The notes under the pieces are model-generated. The model was given only the letters and a program-made list of their open reading frames with translations, did not search any database and was not told the DNA's origin. Below are positions 22,799 to 31,530 of a stretch of DNA of 64,000 nucleotides, in pieces. Within the stretch, counting starts at the first letter, position 1. Each line of letters begins with the position of its first letter. This DNA comes from Planctomycetota bacterium (lineage in GTDB: Bacteria > Planctomycetota > Planctomycetia > JALXBF01): contig JALXBF010000027.1 in the NCBI GenBank assembly GCA_026991575.1, positions 1 to 64,000 of the forward strand, read 5' to 3'. The translations under genes were made by a program, and so were the position numbers.

Positions 22799-24094
22799 CA
22801 CGGCTGACGCACTTGGACTGGGGTAGTGAGGCTCTGGTCGGAGGTTGCATTGGGGAGGAGGCCGTGGCAAACTGTCTGCGCTTGAGGAGTGCAGGCCCGA
22901 GGATAACGGAGGAATGTCATGGCCCGGACGAAGAGGATTCCCCTGGTGGAGTATTTGTCAAGGGTGCCTGACCGACGGCGGCAGTGTGCGAACCTACGCC
23001 ATCCGCTGGTGAGCGTCCTTGTGCTGGCGTTGTGTGGGATCCTGTGTGGGGCCAGGAGTTTTCGGGCGATTGAGGCGTTCTGCCGTAAGAACGAGGAGTT
23101 TTATCGCGAGTGGCTGGACTTGCCGCATGGGATTCCGTCGCACGACACGTTTGCCCGGGCGTTTCAGGTGGTGGACCCTGAGGAGGTGATTGGGGCGTTG
23201 ACGGAGTGGCTTTCGGATTTGCGTGCCCGTCGTGGGGAGGGCGCTCGGCCGTTGGTGGCGATAGACGGGAAGGCGTTGCGAGGGACGCAGCGTGGGCGGT
23301 CTGGGGGAGCGGTGCTGCAGGTGGTCACGGCGTGGGCCACGGAGGCGGGGCTGGTCTTGGCCCAGGTCGGGTCGGAACCGGACACGAACGAGACGGCGGT
23401 GATTCCGCATCTGATTGATTTGCTTGAACTAAAGGGTGCCATCGTGACGATCGACGCGGCTGGCTGCCACGCGCACATTGCAGAGGCGATTGTGGCGAAG
23501 GGCGGGGACTACGTGCTGGCGTTGAAGGGCAACCAACCGACGCTTCACCAGAAGGTGCAGGACTATTTTGTGGCCATGGGGGAAAGTGGGGAGCTGTCCC
23601 GGCTCCCGAGCTACTCGGAGGAGGAGCGTGGGCATGGCCGTCAGGAGACTCGCTGCACGACGGTGGCGCCCGCTCCGGCGGAGATTCGTGCGCTGCCTGG
23701 CTGGGAGAGCATCAGGACGATCGTACTAGTGACAACCGAGACGATTCATCTGTCGTCTGGGCGTAGGACAGAGCAGGTACGTTACTACGTATCCAGCGCC
23801 GAGCCGGATGCTGAGCTCCATGCGAAGGTGATTCGAAACCACTGGTCGATCGAGAACCAGCTGCACTGGGTTTTGGATGTTTCGTTTCGCGAGGACCAGA
23901 TGCGCATTCGCCATCTCGTGTCGGCACAGAACATGGCGTTGGTACACCGATTAGCGCTATCCTTACTCAGAGGTGCCATCGGCCCCGAGGAAAGCATTGA
24001 CTCGGTTCGCTTGCGACTCGCGTCCAACCCGAACGATCTGCTAGAACTGCTCTGTACGGGCTCCCTGCCCACGATTTGAAGTGCGTCAGCCGTG
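22799..24094 (+). mobile_element. ISAs1-family element, apparently intact
   Basis: 16-bp perfect IR cacggctgacgcactt; 10-bp TSD ttgcccgggc (22789-22798, 24095-24104). Confidence 0.93.
22919..24079 (+). CDS. ISAs1 (H-repeat) transposase
   Basis: PSHDTF, AIDGKALRG, VTIDAAGC, LKGNQPTL, HWSIENQLHWVLDV. Confidence 0.95.
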   Translation: MARTKRIPLVEYLSRVPDRRRQCANLRHPLVSVLVLALCGILCGARSFRAIEAFCRKNEEFYREWLDLPHGIPSHDTFARAFQVVDPEEVIGALTEWLSDLRARRGEGARPLVAIDGKALRGTQRGRSGGAVLQVVTAWATEAGLVLAQVGSEPDTNETAVIPHLIDLLELKGAIVTIDAAGCHAHIAEAIVAKGGDYVLALKGNQPTLHQKVQDYFVAMGESGELSRLPSYSEEERGHGRQETRCTTVAPAPAEIRALPGWESIRTIVLVTTETIHLSSGRRTEQVRYYVSSAEPDAELHAKVIRNHWSIENQLHWVLDVSFREDQMRIRHLVSAQNMALVHRLALSLLRGAIGPEESIDSVRLRLASNPNDLLELLCTGSLPTI

Positions 24095-24331
24095 TTGCCC
24101 GGGCCCGCATTCGTGCCGTCGCGTTGGTGCTGTACTTGGCGGCCTGCTCCAGTTGCTCCTGTTCCGCAGGCGAAAGCGAAAGCCAACGCTCCATGAGCCG
24201 TGTCCGTCTTTCCTTCGGGCTCATTTGAGGTTCCTCCTCGTTCTCCGAGAACGCGATTCCTTCCGCGACAGCGACCGACCTATTTTCGCGCCCTGCCAAA
24301 GGGCGTACAACCCGTGTAAAGCCGTTTAGAG

Positions 24332-25099
24332 ATGTTTCTTGTATTCGTCGACGAATGCGGTTACGCAAAAAATTGGAAAGCTGAAACCAGCATCAAACAG
24401 CAGCCGGTGCACGTTGCTGCAGCCGTCGCTATAGATGCAAATGACATCAACGGCGTCTACAAGCAAGTGCGCGACAGTCTTCGAGCGTGCAACCTTCCGC
24501 ATACCGATGTTGATGTGCTCGGCAAGGGCGAGGAGATTAAAGCGGCTCCTGTGGACAGAGGAGAAGGCTTTTGGGGGAAGAACTCACTGGTTAGGGACCG
24601 AGTACGACAGGCCTACCTGGATATTTCAGGAGCGTGTTACATCGTAGTCTGCATTGACAAGGCTCGACACAAGGCCCAGTATTCGCATCCTCAAGATCCC
24701 GCTGTATGGTCACTGCATCTGCTCGCGGAGCGAATTCAGGGATTCGTACAGGAGGGGAACACACAAGCGATGGTGCTCATAGACGTCAACAAGCGGGAGG
24801 AGGTAGCCCAGCGGTCATGGCTATCGCGACTACAGCGCCTGGGGTCATATGGCTTCGGCGTGAGCAGGTTCTACGGAACAGTTTACAAGTGGAAACTAAC
24901 CATGGCAAACATCCTGGAGATCCATTTCGGAGACAGTAGCCATTCGCTTGGTCTTCAGATAGCGGACTTCGTTGCGCGGCATACATATTCGTGGTGGAAA
25001 TCCGGAAAGCGGCAAGACTATCCTGGATGGACGCTTATCGAACCGCGGCTTTGGCGCTACCCACATTATAATGGTTGGGGTTACAAAGAATTCCCCTAG
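24332..25099 (+). CDS. DUF3800-family (RNase H-like) protein
   Basis: N-terminal FVDECG and C-terminal DSSHSLGLQIADFVA; lower GC than neighbours. Confidence 0.8.
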   Translation: MFLVFVDECGYAKNWKAETSIKQQPVHVAAAVAIDANDINGVYKQVRDSLRACNLPHTDVDVLGKGEEIKAAPVDRGEGFWGKNSLVRDRVRQAYLDISGACYIVVCIDKARHKAQYSHPQDPAVWSLHLLAERIQGFVQEGNTQAMVLIDVNKREEVAQRSWLSRLQRLGSYGFGVSRFYGTVYKWKLTMANILEIHFGDSSHSLGLQIADFVARHTYSWWKSGKRQDYPGWTLIEPRLWRYPHYNGWGYKEFP

Positions 25100-25107
25100 G
25101 TGGAAGG

Positions 25108-26739
25108 GTAACCGCTAACGGGGCGCAGACGGGTGGCGCGGGGCGAGGATCGAGGTGAGGTTGAGCGGCGCAGGTAATGCTTGATGAGTGTTGATAGATA
25201 TAGAGGTAGTCAGTGGCGTCAGGTGGCAGGTTCGGGAAGCAGGCGGGGAGGCTGTCTTCCTTGGCGATAGGCTAGCAGTGCTTCGGTGAGGAAGGTTCGG
25301 ATACAGCGTCCAATTTGTCCGCACGTCTCGGCGATGATCAGCAGCCGTTCCGTGCAGCGAGCACCAGATTCGGTGTCATTGCCGAAGCTGATCTTCCGCC
25401 AGATCACCGGTGGCCGCAGGGCCCGCTCGGCCGCGTTGTTGGTTGGCTCAACGCCCTCGTGGTACAGGAACACCCACAACGACGGCTCGTGCCGCAGCAA
25501 GAAGCGGCACGTCGCCGCTAGCTTCGGACACTTCAGCCTTGCCCCCTGCTGAAGCAGGTCTCTGATCCGCCACCGTGCGTGCTTCAGGATCGAGTCCCGC
25601 ATGGTGCCACGCGTGATCTCCCCACGACACATCCGGGCATGCTGCAAGCACACAAAGTCCAGGTTGTTCAGCAGAAGCGCCCCACTCATGCACTCCTCCC
25701 TCACCGTTCCAGCATCGCCTTTGCCTGCCGCTGCTCGTGCGCCAGGCACAGCTGACGACGACGGGGCCTCGTCCTGCCGTACGCCGAATACCCGTCCGTG
25801 TGCACAATCGCCCGTGTCTCCGGCCGCAAAGCTGGTTCGCCACCGCCCGCGATCGGTTCCGGCGAATCAGGCAGTACGTCACCCTGTCCGTCACCGCCAC
25901 CCAAAGCCATGTCCCCTTCTTCTGCACGCGCCAACTCGTCTTGTCGGCATGCACCACCGACGCCGACCGCACCACCTAGCCAATCTGCTCATGCGGCTCC
26001 GCCAACGCTTGTGCCGCCACCGTCACACACGCTGACACCTGCCCCGGCGACACCCTGATCCCCAAGCACTGCTCGAAAACACGGTGCATCCGTCGTAGCG
26101 GTAGGATGTAAAGCCCCAGCTGAGCAACAAGACTCATCAGACGAGGACCGAACGCAGTCGGCTTGGCCGCAGCCACTTCCCCACCGTCACGCAGTGACAC
26201 CGTGGACGCACCAGGCAGTGGACTTGGTAATCGATACGGAATCCCTGGGCTCCGTGACCTCCGTTGCCCGGTACCGCTTCGGTCTCGGATCCTCTCCCCA
26301 CGCCCCCCGAAGCACGCTCGGCATCCAGGGCTCACCGAGCGACAACTTGTTCAGGCTTCAACCATGTCCTGCTGCGCACGTACTGCCTCGACCGCATCGG
26401 CGTAGCGCTAGGCGCCTTCTCAAACCCGCTTAACTGCTGATCGCGCTGCGGGCGACCGGGGCCGGTCAACTCGGTCACGGCCCGTCAGCACCTTCTATTC
26501 ACGGTTCTCGCCAATCCGACGACGGCGCTGCGATGAGTCCCGAGAGCTGCGCCTCAACTGGACTTCCAAATCCTGAACACGCCGTTCTAGCTGACGGATC
26601 CTATCCATGTGCGCTTTCAGCACCGCCCGTACCACGGCGGCCGCGTCGCGGGACATCTCGTTCCACACCTCGTTCGGCAAGAGTTCCCCTATCATGGTTG
26701 CCTAAGCCTCTCTACGAGCCTCGCCTCGTAAACGGTCAC
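25108..26739 (-). mobile_element. Degenerate IS66-family element (transposase pseudogene, several frameshifts)
   Basis: Ends gtaaccgctaac / gtaaacggtcac; fragments HADKTSWRV, QLCLAH, EPTNNAAERALRPPVIWRKISFG in different frames. Confidence 0.85.
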
Positions 26740-27034
26740 AACTTCACCGGCAGGATTTGCCGGGTGGACGTGTCCCGAGAGTGCCACCCCACCCTCGGTG
26801 CATACGTTCACCGCCTGGGAAGAGGGTTCGATGGGCCGATCGCCGGTGGCCATGATAGCGAGCTCGAACTGCCTCGGCCACGATGAGCCGTTGGTGGGGG
26901 CGTTTCAGCTTTGTGCCCACTCTAGCGGTCGGTCGCTCGCCGCGCGTGCTGGCGAAACGGTGAGTGAGGGGCTCGCCACGTCAAACGAGCATTTCGCAAA
27001 TCGGAGGCTGATCGATCGGGCCGTTTGATCGAAC

Positions 27035-27500
27035 CGGCGGGTCGGGGGATCGACGTCCCCACCCGCAAGGTTGATTCAATAGCGCGCTGGAGGCAAAAAG
27101 CTTCTTCTGGAGCCGTGCCGCGGGAGGGTTCGCTCGCGGCGGGGTTGTAGGATTTGCTTGGGCGGGCGGTGTGCAACAAGAGATTTCGCTGTCGTCCCGA
27201 CGGGAGCACGATCGCACCTCGCCGACGCCGCGGATCGCGTCCGCGGCGTCGGGGGTTTTTCAAATGGGAAAGAGAAAAACAAAACGGGGTACCGCCCGCG
27301 CTAGCCATCAACAGAGCGGGAGGAGGGCGTAAAGCCCCCCTCCCGCGAGTTCACGGCAGCTGGTGAGTTGAACGGTCCACCGACGCAGACGAAACCAACC
27401 CGCCAACGCGGGCCAGCCCATCGCCCAAACGTAGGCGAAGCGAACCCGCGCAGAGGCGTTCGCGTCGTAGCAGCGGTCCAACAACGCAACCCGCACCGTT
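27035..27500. repeat. ~460-nt multi-hairpin non-coding element (copy 1)
   Basis: Collinear series of hairpins shared with 53757-54215; stems conserved while loops differ. Confidence 0.8.
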
Positions 27501-27989
27501 TGTATCCGACGATCCGCACTCTCTAGCCAGGGGTTCATGCTCAAGCCCGCAAGAAAGTCCCGTCTGCTGAACCAGCCCTTCCGTCCCTGGCTCAGTCGAA
27601 CCGGCCGGCTGACGCTCCGCGTGGGACGCGCCCACAACCCGTGCTCAAGCAGCACAACCGCCAGCACCACCTCCTCTCGCTGGCACCCGTCGGCCGTGGA
27701 TTGGTCCCGGTTGCTCTGCCGTTCGGCTCCTGCGCAGTACTGGGCACCTAGCCGGAGCAACCGCCCGGATGAACGGGATTAGCTCTGTCGGGGGATCGCA
27801 CGTTTTGAAGGTGTGTTGGGACGGAATGCGCGAGGTCCGATTTCCCATGTGGTCATTCGACCGTAACAAGGCGACTACGCAGGATGGCTGGGGACCCTTC
27901 GCACGGCCGTCCAGTACGAGGGGCGTCGCAGCAGCGGCACCGGGCCTGGACGGCCGTGACGACGAAGTCGCCGGGCCAGGGGCTGAGGA

Positions 27990-29195
27990 TCAGCCCCCCA
28001 TTAGCCGGTTCCAGGTTCGTTTGAACCAGCCTTGGCGTTTGGGGGAGCGTTGACGGGACGGCCCTGGGCTGTTCCACCAGCGCCGTACCTTCTTGGAGAA
28101 ATCAACGGCAGCTTCGCCAAGGCGGCTCCCCAGCTCAGAACCGCCGACTGCCCCGGCGATACCGCCAACCACGCCTCCAACCACAGTACCCACCGGGCCG
28201 GCAGCGCTGCCAATAGCCGCGCCGGTATAGGCTCCGACCCACGCTCCGGCCGCCCCGCCCGCGGCGCCTCCGGCCGTACGTGCTCCGAGCTTCACGTGGG
28301 CTTCGACCCGTTGGCTGTGCGAAATCGCCCCGCGCTGGTACTGTTTCTCAATCTGGTAAGCGTCTATACCGTAGGCAGCGACCTCAGTAGCCACGACCAC
28401 AATACCAAGCCCTTTACCCGCTTTACGCGCGACCTTTGTGGCACGCCGCAGCCCCTGCGTGGACCCCAGGGCGTCCTCGGTAGCGGCTACCTTTCCCAAC
28501 CGACGCGGCAACCGTCGAGCCCCTTTGCCCGTTTGTGGCGCGTGCTTCGCGCCGCCTGTCACTTCGCGACGCAGCTGTGCGTAGGGCCGTCCGTATGTTC
28601 CCCTGGGCAGCGGCAGCTTGCCCTCACGCTGGAGGGTATCGAGAATCTCTCGAGCGAGCTGCCGATCGTATCGCGAAGCTTGCTTCACCCGGACCAGCTT
28701 AGGGCGTGCGCCCGCCTTTGGCGTGTGGATTACCTCGACCCGAAGTCTGCCCCGCTCCGCATACTCCAGCACGAGCTGAGCCGCCTTCCGCTCGCGCGCG
28801 GTGGCCTTCGGGCTGCGCAGCATCCGCTTCGCACTCTGGATCGCATGGTCAATGGTTTCCTGACCAGGCCTCAGCCGCCCGGCTCCTCCCTTCGCTTCAA
28901 TGCAGACGACCTCTCGCCTCTTCGCGTCGAACCAGACCTGGTCCCAGCCATGAAGATATTGTTTTTCGGTGTGTTTGAGCAGCGGCTTGTAGCCACGCTG
29001 TTCGCAGTAGAGCTCCGCGCCCTCTTCGCCGATCAGCTCCATCACCTCTGTGGCGACCTGGTGCACCGCAGCTCCCGCCACCGTCGCCACTGTCGCGCCG
29101 TTCAGAGCCGCCTCACACGTCACAGAACCAGCAACAAGCGCCACAACGGCTGCCGCCAACCACCAGACCAGCTTGGCTAGCTTACGTCGTGCCAT
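27990..29195 (-). CDS. Putative secreted PoNe-like PD-(D/E)XK nuclease fused to a C-terminal glycine zipper
   Basis: Signal-like N-terminus; GEEGA...GY...GWDQVWFD...IEAKGG...Q; long GxxxG/AxxxG zipper; basic amphipathic tail; GGAGG RBS; paralog at 54438-55748. Confidence 0.72.
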   Translation of the reverse strand: MARRKLAKLVWWLAAAVVALVAGSVTCEAALNGATVATVAGAAVHQVATEVMELIGEEGAELYCEQRGYKPLLKHTEKQYLHGWDQVWFDAKRREVVCIEAKGGAGRLRPGQETIDHAIQSAKRMLRSPKATARERKAAQLVLEYAERGRLRVEVIHTPKAGARPKLVRVKQASRYDRQLAREILDTLQREGKLPLPRGTYGRPYAQLRREVTGGAKHAPQTGKGARRLPRRLGKVAATEDALGSTQGLRRATKVARKAGKGLGIVVVATEVAAYGIDAYQIEKQYQRGAISHSQRVEAHVKLGARTAGGAAGGAAGAWVGAYTGAAIGSAAGPVGTVVGGVVGGIAGAVGGSELGSRLGEAAVDFSKKVRRWWNSPGPSRQRSPKRQGWFKRTWNRLMGG

Positions 29196-29373
29196 AGCAC
29201 CTCCCCGGACACAGTTACGAACGGACCGATCGACCTCGACAGACCACCGCTCGGAACCACCACCGCTGTGCACATGTCCCGCCGAACCGGACATCGGAAC
29301 CCCTCGTTCAGCCGAGTTCGCTCTCATTGCTTCGGCGTTCACCCCTTCGTTGCAGGTATCCGGCCACGCCCGT

Positions 29374-29742
29374 CTACTCCCGGCCGAAGAACCACTTTTT
29401 CCCCGCGCGGCACGCCTCGTACATGAGCCGCCAGCCTGGCGGCAGCAGGGTGTCCTTCAGTGCCTCCAGGTGTTCCCTCCGCCGCTGAGCCGGCGTGATC
29501 TCGCCACGCCAGTACCTCCACTCAATGGAAAGCACTCGCCACGCGTACGGGCTGGCGTCAGGGCCCGGCACACAGCCGCCCGGGCGATAGCACATCGGCA
29601 CCGCGGTACGCACCACCTTGGCCGCGCTCACGGAGCCATCGGATGACTGCGCTGCGACCGGATGGGCGAGCCACCCGACGTTGAGCGTCAATGCCACCAG
29701 CAGAGGTCCTACCGCGTTCGTCAGTGGCTTGGCAATCAGCAT
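29374..29742 (-). CDS. Small secreted protein, partner of the nuclease-zipper gene
   Basis: Signal peptide ending PVAA-Q; GGAGG upstream; conserved paralog at 55932-56294. Confidence 0.75.
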   Translation of the reverse strand: MLIAKPLTNAVGPLLVALTLNVGWLAHPVAAQSSDGSVSAAKVVRTAVPMCYRPGGCVPGPDASPYAWRVLSIEWRYWRGEITPAQRRREHLEALKDTLLPPGWRLMYEACRAGKKWFFGRE

Positions 29743-29873
29743 ACGTTGAGATCCTCCGGCAGTCTGACGGAGACAGTATCGCTCAGTGCTGCACGACGCC
29801 CGAACCATCGCTCGGTTGCTCCCACCTGACAGTGCACGGCGGTCCCGTGTTCCACTCGCACCCTTCTATTACA

Positions 29874-29968
29874 TCTACAGGCTCATTGCCCGATTCCTGA
29901 CAGCGGATCGCACGTCTCAAGCCGACGCCTCTCTTTCCGTACACGCACCGCACCGGCGAGTCCTGACA
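29874..29968 (-). promoter_or_regulatory. Two tandem ECF-sigma-like promoter motifs
   Basis: TGTCAG-N17-CGTGTA and TGTCAG-N17-TGTAGA; same arrangement at 56494-56596. Confidence 0.55.
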
Positions 29969-30206
29969 AAGAGCCATTCCGCTCTTGCCTCGGGTGCCCT
30001 GGAGCAGCTCGGGAGCGGCCCCACTTCCGCGGCTGTCTGTGGGCCAGATCTCTTGTCACTCCGGTGGCTTCCCGAGGCGATCGGGTCCGCACCACGATGA
30101 ACCGCAAGGGCTGGATCCATGGGCCTACGACTCAGTCCCGCCGTCGCGGAAGCGCCCCTCTGTCTGTTCTCTGTCACCGCACGTCGTCCACGCTTTGGTT
30201 GCCTTG

Positions 30207-30458
30207 TTACTCCTCCATGCAATGGACGACCACCGCGGCCACGGCATGCACTGCCGCACTGATCACGGCATAAGCAGCCACCACGGGCCAGGACACCACC
30301 GTTGCTGTTCCGACCTTGATCAATCCCCACAAGATCGTCACGGGAACCATGGTCAGCGCCGCCCCCGACAGGAAGCTCAGCGCCACGCCCCGCACGGCCC
30401 CGTCCACCGCCGCGTCTACGGCTCTTGGTGCTAAGCTGTTACCGTGTTTCATGGCCAT
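30207..30458 (-). CDS. Small hydrophobic membrane protein (83 aa)
   Basis: Ala/Val-rich with 2-3 hydrophobic segments; TGTCAT-N17-CGTTTA upstream (30526-30554). Confidence 0.55.
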   Translation of the reverse strand: MAMKHGNSLAPRAVDAAVDGAVRGVALSFLSGAALTMVPVTILWGLIKVGTATVVSWPVVAAYAVISAAVHAVAAVVVHCMEE

Positions 30459-31530
30459 TCACTCGGCGAAGCACTTGCGGCCTATGATGTCGCCGCTACG
30501 TGTTCGCCTCCTGCTCCTCACTGAGTAAACGGACCACCCGATCAAGTCATGACACCGTCCCGCCGGAGATTCCGCCACTGGTCTCGGTCGGGTAGGAAGA
30601 AGGGCGTGTCTCAGGTCTTGCCGAACACCGTGGCAGTCGGGGCAGCGGCCCGGCCTCGTGCTATCGTCCGGTTGGTGCCGGGTGGACTGCTGGTCACGCG
30701 AGAGAAGCCGGCGCTGCCCCGACCGATCGGGGCAGGAGGCTTCACGCTCCGGCCGGAGCTCAATGGATGGCGCCCACGGTGATCCACGAGTCTTGGCGTG
30801 CCGTGCCGCCGCGGTCGCGGAACGCGGCGGCACGGCCGAGAGAGGAGCTGTATCAATCCGCCGCGCTATTCAATGAAGCTCGAGGTTGGAGCGCGTGAAG
30901 GCCACAGCCACGCGTTTACGCAAGCGGCCCGATTTACCGGCCTCCGGGGCTACCAAATGCTGTACTGACATCGTTTCCAGCCCGGTCCCGCCGGCGCACA
31001 CATCGAGCGGCGTACGGCTTGAGCGGGTGCAAGAGCTGAAGCGCTCCCGTCGTGCGTGTCTGCTCCATGCACCGGGGCCGCCGGGACCACGCTGTGGGCT
31101 CAGTTTGTCCCCAGCGTGGCCCCCGCGCAATGAGCGGAGGGGAGCCGTCGAGACGACCGGCCCGACGGAATGGGGCCCGATCGAGACGATCGGGGGGTAC
31201 TACTGCCGCGCAAGAATAGAAACGTCGCCGCGGGCAGAAGCGTCCAGGTTGCCGCGATGCTGATCTTCCTGGTGTCGCGTTCGTCCTCTGGAGCCGCCGG
31301 AAGCCGTCTCTGGCCCATGCCCCTGGACCTCGGCCCGGTGGCAACGCGGTTCTGTTCCGGCCAAGCCAGCCCGAACGCGCGGGCGGTGCGTCGAGAATCA
31401 GCCGCTTCGTCGCACGTATGCTCTGCCAGCGTGCCGCTTCGGCTCAGCGCCAGTGCCACCACAGCTGGTGCTGCGGTCGTTGCGTGCCGTACGGCACCGC
31501 CCGGGTTCTGCAGGTCGGATCCCACTCAAC

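Larger units (their letters stand above)
21788..24329 (-). mobile_element. IS630-family element interrupted by ISAs1
   Basis: Imperfect IRs (ctaaacg...gtacgc) with TA at both ends; N-terminus (MSPKERR...RMRARA, from ~24224) joins IKYCMQ... once ISAs1 is removed; ADESE, VLDNAAIH, PNANPVEREW motifs. Confidence 0.85.

Noticed and set aside
27035..27500. Integron attC sites as the identity of the hairpin element
   Set aside because: No clean RYYYAAC...GTTRRRY pair, no cassette-like array and no integrase in the window.
27301..27519. Apparently conserved small ORFs (also 53997-54275) as immunity proteins
   Set aside because: The shared peptide switches frame between copies; similarity reflects conserved hairpin DNA.
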